Source of the DNA: the human T2T-CHM13v2.0 reference genome, Homo sapiens
Assembly (NCBI RefSeq): GCF_009914755.1
Contig: NC_060929.1
DNA: 64,000 bases
Strand: one strand, 5' to 3'
This document shows, piece after piece, positions 1-17,719 of the stretch. Position numbers and translations under genes: made by a program. Numbering within the stretch: position 1 is the first letter of the stretch; the number at the start of each line of letters is the position of its first letter. Below the pieces are notes generated by a model, which saw only the letters and a list, made by a program, of their open reading frames with translations, searched no databases and had not been told where the DNA came from.

Positions 1-14
1 CAGGGCTAATTTTT

Positions 15-90
15 TAAAATGTTTGGTAGAGTTCATCAGGAAATCATATGTACTTGGGCTTGTCTTTGTAGGAAGTTTTCTATTTCTGTT
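15..90 (-). mobile_element. Ancient L1 ORF2 fragment
   Basis: aatgtttggtagagttcatcagg...tgggcttgtctttg is a diverged reverse complement of the L1 ORF2 [14 protein letters not shown] region (compare 9550-9600 in this window). Confidence 0.5.
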
Positions 91-189
91 CTAGTGTGGA
101 ATCTTATTTTTTTGTTCATAAAACTGCTTTGAAAAATAAATTCTGTCTGTTTAAAAATGGTAATACTTGATCACGTAAAAAATTTTAAA

Positions 190-560
190 ATATCAGAAAA
201 AAAATTACAATGAGGAATATATTCCCATTGCCTTATATATGTAGAAACTTAGTTCTACTCTTCACAGGTAATCACAGGAATCAGTCCCTTCTAAACTATT
301 CTGGAGACATCGCACATAAAAATATATTTATATGCATATTTGTCTCCCAAAATACCATCCAGAATGTTGTGAACCTTGCTTTTATATATACCTATATATC
401 TTGGAGGTTAGCCTTCATCAGTGCATATTGAGCTACCTCATTCTACTTAACAGCTATGTAATTCTCCATTGAACAGTTATGTTACAATTTATTTAATCAT
501 TGGCCTGAGGGTAATACTTGTACGTTTTCTAACCTTTTGCTACTAAAATAATAATGGATG
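190..560 (-). mobile_element. Ancient L1M (L1ME-like) 3' region
   Basis: Degenerate antisense L1M 3' motifs (agctacctcattc...cagctatgtaattctccattg...atttatttaatc...ttttgctacta). Confidence 0.5.
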
Positions 561-589
561 ATTTTAGACATCAGCTTTAGAAAAGACAG

Positions 590-800
590 TACATTCAGCG
601 GTTACTTACATCAGCTCTGGAACTGAAGCTGTTATGTTTTGAATCCAAATTTCTCCACTTAGCCTTGAACTATATAATTTTATCCAGTTCATTAATGTTT
701 TTATAGCTTAGTTTCCTTAGTTGCAAGACACCAACTATTTCATAGGCAGAAATAATACAGTAATTTATAAAGGGCTAACAGACATATAGATATGTTAATA
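590..800 (+). mobile_element. MIR SINE (degenerate)
   Basis: gctctggaactg...ttttgaatcc...ctccacttagc...gcttagtttcctt resembles the MIR core. Confidence 0.45.
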
Positions 801-1969
801 TTCGCTAATTGTATAATTTACTATATGGGTAAACATTGAATTTTTTTGGAATATATTCTGAATATTATGGTTTTTGACAAATATCAACTAATTTTAGAAA
901 TCATCGTGTATGTTTTGAATCTAGGTTTTCTCAAAACTCTGCTTCATCTTTTCTTTAATTTTCTTTGTTTCATTTTTATAATAACCTGGGCAGAATAAAC
1001 ACATAAAAGTGCTTTAGGTTACTTCATACATATTTACAACACGTTTAAGCCATGAAATATACTGATCTTAATGATCATTTTATCATAAATGATTTAGTTT
1101 TTATCCTCATACCTTAACTAATTTAGAACATTTAAATATTTTACCTTTTGACTTATATAACAATATATATATATACCTCATTTCCATTTGTGTATTGATT
1201 ATAATTCAATCAATATTTATTGAATGTGATGTGTGTGATACCATAAGGTGGAAGTTGTTAGCACTACTTCTCTGGGGTTCACTTTTTCTCCTTCCACCAT
1301 TTACCATAATTTACACAGATGTAGATTTTTTTTGCAAATAGAAATTGTTAAGTGATTATAAACCCAGAAGATGTGTATTTACCTTTACTTTAGAGGATTT
1401 TCGTACTGTCCCTTGACTAATGCTAAACCAAACAGTTTTTGTCCCCCTTTTTCTGCAAACCATGTATCTGAGTATAGTAGTAAGAATGCTACCTTTAGTA
1501 AAGTGTATACATGCCAAGTCACCCCTATTCAAGAGGCTGCTAATTCAGCTTGAAATAGATAAACCGATTTTTCAATTCAGTTTGAAATAGATAATTTTTT
1601 CTAACTGTGTGGGAGAGACAGAAACCTACTATTCTCAGCCATAGTAAGGAAAGGTGCCCAGGCTCTGAAACACCTCCCTTCGTGCTTCAAACAAACCTGT
1701 ATTTCATTCTCAAGGTATTCCATGGCAAAGCAATCTGGCCGACCTTCAGCATGTGTGATTGTAATATTCAACAGCTGAAGAAGTTAAACACATTCTATTT
1801 TCTAGACAGTATTGCCTTCTACATATATCATTGTTTGTTCTTAGGTAAAGAATGTGTTTGTATATTAAAGAAACAGTAGAAGATAATCAGTGAGAGGAAG
1901 CTCAATAACATAGACTCTAGACTAAGGTTAACACCTAGAAAAAAATCAATGAAAGACAATCTTAAGCAG

Positions 1970-2042
1970 ATATATATATATATACACACACACACTATAT
2001 ATATACTATATACTATATACTTATATATATGTACACGCAGTG

Positions 2043-2073
<31 letters not shown>
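1970..2073. repeat. (TA)n/(CA)n compound microsatellite
   Basis: Directly visible TA and CA runs. Confidence 0.9.
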
Positions 2074-2255
2074 CAGTGTTAGGTGAAATAGAATTTACAA
2101 AGAAATTAAACAGGTTTTGTAACTAAAATGAATATATTATATAAAATTAAAATGTAACTAAGTAGAATTCATTTCTATATTACATATATTTGATACTTAT
2201 CAAAAGATGGATTAAATTGTAAATTCACTCTGGATATAGGATCAGTTTTTTTTTT

Positions 2256-2345
2256 GAGGTTCTTTTTTTATTATACTTCAAGTTTTAGGGTACATGTGCA
2301 CAATGTGCAGGTTTGTTACATATATATACTGGCACATATACACCA
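2256..2345 (-). mobile_element. Miniature 5'-inverted (twin-primed) L1PA insertion
   Basis: 2263-2329 is the antisense L1PA 3' terminus (ttattatacttcaagttttagggtacatgtgcac...). 2330-2345 tggcacatatacacca is an oppositely oriented ORF2-end piece, identical to 11822-11837. Flanked by aggatc(a/t)g+polyT direct repeats at 2238-2255 and 2346-2363. Confidence 0.75.
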
Positions 2346-3235
2346 AGGATCTGTTTTTTTTTTTTTAATGACAAGAACATTATCTCTAACCATTAATTTT
2401 GCATTTAAATTTAAAAGCATTTTAATCATAAGTTCTATTTTCATATTTAAATAATCTTATTCTTTTATTGTTAGGCTTTGTTTTGTACATTATTTCTTTA
2501 ATTGTAGGAAAAATAGTCACAGGATTTTTTTTTTTTTTGCTAATATTTGAATTAACTTTCTTGCCATAATTTACAATTTGAAGGTTCAATCAGATTTATT
2601 TCTAAGGAAAGTATCTAACCAAAATAGCTCTCTTATATTATATGGTTTAATTAACCATTTTATTAGGCTTTTGAAGCAAATAAAATGTGTAAGATAGCTT
2701 TCTTAGAATACTAGAGTGTATATTGAATAAGATAACTGAGTTTGTAATCAAAATAGATAGTTTCTTGAATTTTCTGAACCACTCTGAAAAAGTTGGCAAG
2801 TGGGCAGATAATCCATGTAATTTTTTAACAATAATTAAATACATAGCATTTATATATACTTTTTTATTTTAATTAGAATACTAGAAGATGTAAAATGTTA
2901 TACTGACTATTTCTTTAAGTATCTGAAAAAACTGAATGTAGACTGATTTTCAGACAGGATCCAACCAAGGTTAATCCATTTGCTCTTCCCTACAGTAATT
3001 TATCCAAACTTTCACTGTGGTGTGTAAAGAGACACTGTCTCTTCAAATACTTTGAAGACTTCTTGCCAACAGGCCCACATATGAAAGTAACTAAGTAAAA
3101 CTTAGTCAAGCAACATTAGAGAAAAACAAAAGACAAATACTGCTAAGTACTAACTGACTCCTAAGGGAGTGTTTGCAGTTCACACTACATTTGAAATATT
3201 TGTTTTATCCAAAAAAAGGCTGGGGGAGAAAAAGT

Positions 3236-3420
3236 TGTGTGTGTGTGTGTGTGTGTGTGTATTACACTGATAAACACTGTGTGATTATCACTGTATACTG
3301 TATATATATACATGTATATATATACATATATATGACAAATAACTGTTCTGATTAACTGTTCTGAGTGTGTGTATATATATAGTGTGTATATATATATAGC
3401 ATGTGTATATATATATATAT
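3236..3420. repeat. (TG)n followed by TA-rich low-complexity tract
   Basis: Directly visible. Confidence 0.9.
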
Positions 3421-3689
3421 AAAACTGTTCTGAAATTAATTTCTTTTTTTAAAAATATATGTGCAAAGTCAAGTTTATTGACATTCTACTTTCATCACTG
3501 AAGGAATTATGGAAGTGATAACTAATTACAAAAATTTTAAAATCTAATCCATCACAAGAATTTTAAAAGAAATATAACATTTTTAAAGAAATATGATCCC
3601 AGAATACATAGCAAAAAAAAAAAGCAAACACTTTTGTATTTAGTTTTCCTATTGACAGCACATGTATGCATTTTTTAGATTGTATGTTT

Positions 3690-3820
3690 GTCCTAGAATG
3701 ACAAACTTTTTGAGAAGATGAACTGGGTCTTATTCAATTGTGTTTCTTTCACAAAGCCCTGAGGAATGCTTTGACAATGGCAGACACTCGACAAGGTAAG
3801 TGTTGAGTGAGTAAATAAAC
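3690..3820 (+). mobile_element. L2 3' end
   Basis: ctagaatgacaaactttttgag...gtcttattca...tgttgagtgagtaaataa matches the L2 terminal pattern. Confidence 0.5.
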
Positions 3821-4219
3821 TGCCAACCATTCTAAGAGAGAAAAGACAATTAAATTACAGTTGTGCAAACGAAAAATGTTGACATTTTTATTTTCAACTT
3901 AAATTATGTTTTCTTGTAGCTTTTCTGCTGTGCCCTTACTCTCTTCTCTATTGCTCAGATGGATGCCCACATTCTTGATTTCTGTATTCATAAAATAGAT
4001 TTAATATCCATATATTGTTGAGAAAAAAATAGAATACTTATCTTTCCTTTTTTATTATCATTTTTGCCACCTTTTTTAGCCTAAGAAAGCCTACAGACAT
4101 GGTCTTTTGTATATTTGCTATGTATGAGAGATCCTTCCTAGGCATAAAGAAAAAGGGAGAAAGATTCCCCCTCTATTCCCAGTAGATTTTAAGCAGAAAA
4201 AGAAGAGAAATAAAATACA

Positions 4220-5081
4220 ACAGGAGCCAAGCTTCTGTTTTTGTTGTTATTTTCTCTATTTAGGTGGAAGAATGTTCTAGAATAGGAGACATTTTGGAGC
4301 CATCAGATATGAAGGGAAAGGGACTGAGAATATCACGAATAGGTGAATATAGTCCCATAGAATCCCCATGAAGAGGGTGTGAGAACTTAGCAAAAACTCA
4401 TGTGCCCAATAATAAATTGTTTTTTTGGTTTAATACCTATACCCAGTGTCCATCAGCCTTGGGCTAAAGTATAGCAGCATGATTGGCCTGTGTCGAAATA
4501 GTGAGTTTGTTGCTCTCCTGGCTCAATTTCAGTGTAGAGGAGAAGCAAAGTTTTGGCTAGAAAACTGCAATGAGATGTGTAAATACTGAGTCCCTGTTTC
4601 TGGGGAAAAATTGCGAGTGAGAAGAAAGAAGACTGTATGGGTAAGGACTCCAAGATCTGAGGGGATGTGCCACAGTCACAGAGCAACAGTGAGCAGAAGT
4701 TTGACATTCCAAGAGATCTATACTCTGAGAATAAGTGAAAAGAGAAAAATCATAATCACTTGCCACATTTCTAAATGCTTAGCTGTTGTTTATTCATCAC
4801 CAGAGACCAAGATAATCAAGAACATACACTTTGCCTCTGAGGACCCTTTGTTCTCCTTGTCACACCAAGATCATATAAGCCATATTCGTCTCTTATATAT
4901 GTACACACTATCTTATGTAAGGCAATATGAATGGAGAAGGAATGGGTTGGCCAAGCAAACACTTTTCAAAATGACTATTGGTGATTTGTACTAAATTTAT
5001 ACTTTTCCCCTCTGCTAGCCTGTTGATGGGAGTTGTGAGACTGGATTAATTATAAAGAATGAACTATGTGTTTTTTCCACA
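4220..5081. mobile_element. Possible ancient LTR remnant (family uncertain)
   Basis: Slightly GC-richer block ending ggattaattataaagaatgaactatgtg...ttccaca. Resemblance only. Confidence 0.25.
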
Positions 5082-6173
5082 TGTGAACATTCTTTGAATG
5101 AGTCATTTAACCATACCTCACTAATTAGTCAAATAATCAGCTTATTTTTGATGGACTATTATGAGATAGAAGTTTACTAATATAATAATGCAAACTTATC
5201 CAACATGCTTCATAGATTAACATTATAGATAATTGGAAAACTGTATTATCAAATTATTATTGTTATCAAAGTAGTGGCATATACTTACCAATGGAATCTA
5301 TAAAGATAAATGAGAAAACTCTTGTTAACACAATTAAGACTAAAAATCAGGAACATAAAAGCACATTTACATCTGGTAATTGGATGACTTAATTAGAAGA
5401 CCAAAGAAAGGAAACCAACTTGAGTGGATTGGGTCAAACGTCTCATTCAAAGGATGAAACTGCTCAGGTTAATGGAAGTTTAAAGTCTGTATGCTTTAAC
5501 CAATTTACCATTTATTTACTGAAAATTAATGAATATTTTTCTTCTATATTTATAATTTCAACATGAAAAGTGCTTTATTTCTGAAATACTGGATATATAA
5601 AAATTGAACCTTTAGCTTTAATCTTTATGATATGTAAGTGATAATTCTTATTTTTATAGTAATCCTTGCCTAACAATAGTCCAATATTTTAGCAAATACA
5701 TACATATAAATCATTAGTGTTGTAGTTTAATAGCTATATCTAATATGCAAAAAATTACTTTGAAATAGTTTTAAGACTAGTAGAAACTGATTTCTAGAAA
5801 AAAAATGGAAAGAGCTAAGCTTTCTTTTTTAACATTCTCTTTAAAATTATAAGCAATATGTTATGTTTTGTATTCCTCACAAGCCTTTTGAAAAGTATAT
5901 GCAGTAATAGTTTAATTTAGGGTGCCAATCTCTTTTATTAGATTTATGCCTATGATGAAAGGTAGCTGAAATGTTTAAATCTAGTGTTACCTAAATGACC
6001 AAATAGCAAATATTAAGATTCTTGCTTTTTGTTGGGTTACTTTTATAAACTATGTATTTACATTTTAAAAAATAGAAAATTATTCCACTTTAGAGTCTTC
6101 TTAATACCAGTGTCTTAGCTTTCTGATTAAGCCAATTGTAGCAACTGGGAAAGATTTTAAAGATAAATTATAT

Positions 6174-7071
6174 GGGGAGGAGCCAAGATGGCCGAATAGG
6201 AACAGCTCCGGTCTACAGCTCCCAGCGTGAGCGACGCAGAAGACGGGTGATTTCTGCATTTCCATCTGAGGTACCGGGTTCATCTCACTAGGGAGTGCCA
6301 GACAGTGGGCGCAGGCCAGTGTGTGCGCGCACCGTGCGCGAGCCGAAGCAGGGCGAGGCATTGCCTCACCTGGGAAGCGCAAGGGGTCAGGGAGTTCCCT
6401 TTCCGAGTCAAAGAAAGGGGTGACGGACGCACCTGGAAAATCGGGTCACTCCCACCCGAATATTGCGCTTTTCAGACCGGCTTAAAAAACGGCGCACCAC
6501 GAGACTATATCCCACACCTGGCTCGGAGGGTCCTACGCCCACGGAATCTCGCTGATTGCTAGCACAGCAGTCTGAGATCAAACTGCAAGGCGGCAGCGAG
6601 GCTGGGGGAGGGGCGCCCGCCATTGCCCAGGCTTGCTTAGGTAAACAAAGCAGCCGGGAAGCTCGAACTGGGTGGAGCCCACCACAGCTCAAGGAGGCCT
6701 GCCTGCCTCTGTAGGCTCCACCTCTTGGGGCAGGGCACAGACAAACAAAAAGACAGCAGTAACCTCTGCAGACTTAAATGTCCCTGTCTGACAGCTTTGA
6801 AGAGAGCAGTGGTTCTCCCAGCACGCAGCTGGAGATATGAGAACGGGCAGACTGCCTCCTCAAGTGGGTCCCTGACTGCCGAGCAGCCTAACTGGGAGGC
6901 ACCCCCCAGCAGGGGCACACTGACACCTCACACGGCAGGGTATTCCAACAGACCTGCAGCTGAGGGTCCTGTCTGTTAGAAGGAAAACTAACAAACAGAA
7001 AGGACATCCACACCGAAAACCCATCTGTACATCACCATCATCAAAGACCAAAAGTAGATAAAACCACAAAG
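6174..7071 (+). promoter_or_regulatory. L1 5'UTR CpG-rich internal sense promoter plus antisense promoter; intact YY1 site
   Basis: CpG-rich 5'UTR with the YY1 motif aagatggcc at 6185-6193. The ~900-bp length fits the short 5'UTR of young L1s (post-L1PA3 deletion form). Confidence 0.9.
6408..6623 (-). CDS. ORF0: L1 antisense ORF0 (71 aa), intact
   Basis: MAGAPPPASLPPCSLISDCC...RCVRHPFL lies inside track ORF 6408..6692; the ATG is the CAT at 6621-6623. Confidence 0.9.
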   Translation of the reverse strand: MAGAPPPASLPPCSLISDCCASNQRDSVGVGPSEPGVGYSLVVRRFLSRSEKRNIRVGVTRFSRCVRHPFL

Positions 7072-11980
<4,909 letters not shown>

Positions 11981-14900
11981 ACAATGAGATCACATGGACA
12001 CATGAAGGGGAATATCACACTCTGGGGACTGTGGTGGGGTGGGGGGAGCGGGGAGGGATAGCATTGGGAGATATACCTAAGGCTAGATGACGAGTTAGTG
12101 GGTGCAGCGCACCAGCATGGCACATGTATACATATGTAACTAACCTGCACAATGTGCACATGTACCCTAAAACTTAAAGTATAATAAAAAAAAAAGATAA
12201 ATTATATGATTGTATTATTGTCCAGCTCACTAAATACATACAAACTCAGTTTCACATCTTGGGAAAAAACTTTTTTAAATAATCTTTTGAGTAGCAAATA
12301 GTAAATTATCATTAATGTACCTTTCAATCATTTGAATTAAGATTTATTGAACTAGAATTTAATTGACATATAGTATATTTTGGCCCTAAAAAGGGAAACT
12401 GAACTCAAGTGCTGAATCACTCCAAGTCCTAGATCAACAGCTAACGTAACAGTACAGAAAAACACTTACATACTTAAAAAGACAAAAAGAAGAAGAGGGT
12501 AAAAGCAAATGAAAACATTTAAATGTAAATACAAATATTTATCAGACTGAAAGATCATGAAAGTAAATCAGCAAGATGAAGGAAGTCACGACATAAAATA
12601 CATGTAGATGGGGATTATACAAGAAATTCAGGCCTCTAGAAGCCTGGAAAGGCTCAAAACTCAACAGGCCTGGGAAAGGTGAGGTTGGAGATGTTCCATA
12701 ATGACTAAGTAGTCAAAAGACACAATATATTTTAAAAGTATTTTATTCTGATTATCATGTTGGTCTTGGCCTGGTATATTGTTTGAAGCTAGTTTGTCAT
12801 GGTCAAAATTGAAATATTTCCTTTTTCTTCTGGTGGGGTTTTAAAATATTTTGAAAGGCCAGCTGTTTCCATATTAATAAAATAATTACACATGGCAAAT
12901 TATATCAGTAATGATGTCCACTGAACAAGCCCAACATGCCATTTAGAATAAAGTAACTTTCAGATTGCTTATTTCTGGAGTAGAGAAAAGTTAATTGCTA
13001 GGAATCTTTCTATTTTAAACCAATTTGCAAATTATGGAAAACTTAAAATAAATGCAATTGATGGTTCCTTTAAAGAGCAAGATAATTTTCTAGAAATTAG
13101 TTTTCTTATGTTAAAATCTTGACACCTGTAAGTTACAACATATACAATGGCTTAAATAAATGTAATGTATGCCATGTTGCTCAGAAATGTTAAAACACAT
13201 TGTCAAAATATACTTTATTATTTTCATAACTATTAAGTAAATTGAATCTGATGCAAATAAAATGTTACGGGAATTTTTGCTGTGAGAATTTTTCTTGATT
13301 TATTTTTTAATTTAAGCATCTTTTTGTTTTCTTTTATTCTATTATCTAAAAGAGTTTTATAAATACATATTTCAGCAGGCATACCCAGTAGAAAATCATA
13401 TTTTTCATGCATAATAACATTAGCTATCCTAAAATATTTAGAGTAATTTTTACCATCTTAATAAAAATAATTCTCAAAAATCCCAGCCAATCTCTGCATG
13501 ATATATAGTGGTAAGTAAAATGGACCTTTTTTTTAAGCTTGAATATATCTAGAAAGTAAAATATTCTGTTCCACAGTCAGTCTCTTTAAACTTAATCCCA
13601 ATTTTATTTAAAATGCATTTAGAATTTCAGACGTCTGCTATATTATATCTGGAGAGTCATCAGTGTATTCTTCACATAGGAAAATCGTGCCTTTTTTTCT
13701 CACATTCAGTTGTCTCAAGATACAACTGCAAAGTAAACAGTTTCAGATATTGCGTGTTAACTTTTCCAAACTATCCTCCTCACCCGTGTTGTACTAATTG
13801 GGTTGTTTCCATCCATTTTAAGAGACACCAAGAAGAGGGCTATGTATCTACACCCAATATTTCAAGAAAATGAAAGATGGCGCTTTTATATCATTCACTT
13901 TTCCAAGATTTTTAAAAAATACCACTTGAAAGTCACTCTAGTGGGCACTAGAAGTGATCCACAGTTACATGTGATACAATGTCATACTATTGACTGTAAG
14001 TATGATTTAAATTAACCTAATGAATATTTAATTTCACCCACAACCTCTCTCACTTTCTTATATTTTAAAAAGGAAAGTGACATATTCAAAGAATGGAATA
14101 AATATGTTTATATTAATAAATAAATTTTAAGGTTTTTACAATGTTATTTCTAATGATTTCTTCCTATTCTTGGAAAGTATACAATCAATTTATGGTGGAA
14201 TTGAAAATAAAATGTTTTTGAATAAAATTATTGTGAAGAAGATAACTTCAGTTTCCAATTAGTGAAATAAGCCATTTTTGGTTAATAAAGCAAGTTCCAT
14301 GAATTTCAGTTTTTGTATTTGTACTAAAAATTTAAAAGCATAAAAACCCAAGAGTGAATCTTGGAATAAAAATATATTAGCAATGGTTGCAGAGAACTTG
14401 ATCCCATACCAATTGGAAGCAGGAGCCCAGTTTTAAAAGTCACATGAATTTGAATGAATAATGAGTAGTTGCTGACAGATCTCATATTCCCTTGCCAAAG
14501 TTGCAGCTGAGAAATGCTTTCAATGTGTTTCAAAAGCAGTTCAACTATCTTTTGTTTTGGTGTAGGTTAAATATTTTTTGTCTTTTGTTATCTTTATCCA
14601 TTTCTATTTTTCCTGTTTCCCTTGTGTTTTCAGAAAATGTTAATAATATTTTCCTAACTTACTGCATCTAGACTGTATCATTGAAGGAATCTTTTTAGCT
14701 TACATTGTGAAATCTACAGATTAAAGGTTGAAATAAAATCATTTGTTAATCAAAGTATGTAACAACACCATATGAGGCTTTATGAATAATACTAATAACA
14801 AACTTGCTTCTATTAAACTATGTAAAATAAGATTATATATAACATATAATTTATAAAATAGTAATAGTACTTTTTTCATATTATGAATAAAATGCCAATA

Positions 14901-15169
14901 AAACGTTTTCACTGGACAAATAACTTATGCTGAATTTCAAGACACCAAAAAGAAAAATGAATATATATTCATGAATATTTGCATAACTACATAAATTGGT
15001 GATTGTAGCAATCAGATTCCTGGCAAAAAAAAAAAGAGCAACAGAGCTTAAATGATAATATAAGACATTTTTTCTTCATTAGAGGTATTTATATGCTTGA
15101 TCAGATTACTAAAAATCAGATTTATATAAGTGATATAGAAATATAGGCAGGACTAAGTGGGCTAACAAA

Positions 15170-15551
15170 GGGTTTTGAGATATTCATTGATAGTTATAAC
15201 AGATAGCCATTAGTTTACCTTAGGCCTGACAAAGCAATAAATGTATAAGGTAACCAGAATTTGGAAGGACCTGTTGCTCTGGGTCTTCTGGCTATAGTTG
15301 GAGGAACATCATTACTATGAATACAGTGGCATGGTGGGGTAATGGATGCATGGGAAATTAATACCCTGTGCTCCCTGATTCTCATTCTTCATTCTCCTCT
15401 CAGTGTCTCCCATTGACCAATCCAATTAGAAACTATACACAGGTATCTGGGTAATTCCGTCTATAGAAGTCAATCAACTAGAGCATTGGGTATTGATCAA
15501 AATGGTCAAGGGTAGAGTAAAGAACTAGGTAAATAGAGATTATTTAACACA
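15170..15551 (-). mobile_element. Ancient ERVL/MaLR-type LTR (LTR33/LTR41-like)
   Basis: ctcccattgaccaatccaattagaa...gtctatagaagtcaa...tatttaacaca resembles the antisense start of these LTRs. Confidence 0.4.
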
Positions 15552-15759
15552 ATATTGATTTTCAAAATTCACATAGAGAAGACTGGTTTCTTTTGAAAGA
15601 TACCAAGTAAGTTTAGACTTTCTCTCAATAACTTTCATATTATCATATATTTTGGAGGATTGAAAATTAGCTAACAATCTCAGAAATTTGTCTTAATGTG
15701 TCCATCAAGAAAGTAAATCTGTTAGAGTTAATTCTCATAAAAAATTATTTTACATCAAA

Positions 15760-15900
15760 ATATTGTGACAGAATCAGGATCTCCAAAGTTATTCACAGAC
15801 GTAAGAAGCAGGCTGAATTTGAAAGGTGAAATGTAACAGATATAAATTCTGTTGGCTAGATTGAAAAACCTACTGGTTCAAAGCACAGTATGATGCTCAG
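15760..15900 (+). mobile_element. CR1/L3 LINE RT fragment
   Basis: gacagaatcaggatctccaaag...ggctgaatttgaaaggtgaaatgtaacagatataaat resembles the end of the CR1 RT region. Confidence 0.45.
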
Positions 15901-16289
15901 CAGAAGTAAAGGTAAAACATTCTTAGGAAGTTCTGCCTGTGGTCAGTCAGCAACTCGGGAATTAACAGAAGTCGTGACTGTTTGATATGGAAATCAAATC
16001 TAGAGTTAGAGGTGATGCCTTAGGATATGGTGCTCTTCTCTATTTTGGATTCATAATGATATACTGAGTATCCGCTGTCAAGATAATTTAGTTATTGGTA
16101 GTTTTACATGATTAATTCTTCCAAGTGTTAGTTTCATAAATCTTAAACACGATGAAATAAACTTTAAAGTAATAAATCACCTCATTCCAGAAGGATCTAG
16201 TGAACGAATACCATAAATCATTCACTATACCACAGAAAATAAATATGAAGATAAATATTTACAGCCAATGCCTTTAGGTAAAGAGTGCA

Positions 16290-16520
16290 AAACTAATGAC
16301 TAACACATGCTGAGAATCTACTTTCTATCAGAAATCTCTTTAGCATTTTCGCATATTACATAATTATTATAGCTAATCTACTAAGTACATACTGCATCCC
16401 CATATCACAGATGAGGAAACTGGCACAGAGGGAAAGTAACTTGATCAAGGTCACAGAGCTAATGGCAAAGCCAGAATTTGAATGAGGCCATCTGGTTTCG
16501 GAGCCTTTGTTTTAGCTATT
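16290..16520 (-). mobile_element. MIR SINE
   Basis: acagatgaggaaactggcacagag...gtaacttgatcaaggtcacagagcta...gccagaatttgaa is the MIR core in antisense. Confidence 0.8.
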
Positions 16521-17719
16521 ATTTTACACATTTTCTTCCTCAGAGATACTTATATGCTTGATGAGATTGCTAAAAATCAGACTTTTTTTTGGTTTGTCAG
16601 ACCAGACATACTTCCCAGAAGATTAGAAATTGGACGTGCTTTTGAAACATGAATTAGGTTCTCCTTAGTATCATCCTGACCCTTCCATAATTCCTCCCCT
16701 CAGAATGTTAGTGAGACTTCAGTCCTCCAGCTGATCCAAAGTCAGGTCATGAACTATGAATTCGAAATCAACAATCTCAGATCTGTGTATCCAGTCCAGA
16801 GTTAGCTGCTGAGCTCTCATTTAGGAGGCTCAAAACTTCACATTTTGATTCGCAAAAGTTCCTCATTTTTAATATGTTTAGAACCGAAATATTGCAAACA
16901 TTCCCTTCAGAATCAGTGGGGCCTACAAATAATGGTTGCTTTTTCTTTGTGGTAGGAGAGTCAAAGTAGAAAGTATAGCATCGGGTTTTTTACTTTGGCT
17001 TGACACTGCAAAAATGTCACCAATTTGTTAGCAGACTTATTAATTTTCTTGGGGTATATCTCCATTATGTGTCATGTACTTGCCTAACCAATACACCTAA
17101 AGTGGATCATATATTTTGTTTATTAGGACACTTAAGCAAGATGTCACTAATCTGTGATAAAAAACAGATCTGTGATATCCTGGAAAGACAATCAATATCT
17201 CTCCTTGCTTAAAAAATAGTAATATAAACTTAAGTCACAGAGCAAAGGAGTACTGTGACCTGTCTTCATGTATATGTACACGCATACATAAATTTGTGAT
17301 TGTAGCATTTGCTTCCTGTGTTCTCTGTTTATTGATATATAGGAAGCCCATTTGTCAGATTAAGTTGCACATCAAGTACGAGAAATTGCATTAATTTGCC
17401 TCAGTAAAGAGATATTCTAAAGCAGAAATCCTCTAAAGCAATACTATTGCAAGGCTTCAGATCACTTCAGTTGAGAAATGATGGCCCTTAGATTGTCATT
17501 TTCTTCCCTTCAGCTATCCATTGCTTTCACACTTTCCAATGTTTTCCATGCCCTTGAGACATATGTGCTGTGTAGAACTGGTTGACATTGATTCCATAAG
17601 ACTGACCTTTAATGAAAACTTTATTTCAGGTGACATTTATTAATTGCTGGAAAAATACATAGCAAGGGCTGCTGGATTTCCATGTTCTCCTCTTGCCCCA
17701 GTACTGATTTATCTCATAT

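Noticed and set aside
1542-1594. 21-bp direct repeat aattcag(c/t)ttgaaatagataa
   Set aside because: Only 11 bp apart; a simple local duplication with no element between the copies.
4611-4994. 127-aa ORF as a cellular exon
   Set aside because: No ATG start, no recognisable homology; likely within an old LTR-like remnant.
12024-12057. G-quadruplex motif
   Set aside because: Standard G-rich tract of the L1 3'UTR; not novel.
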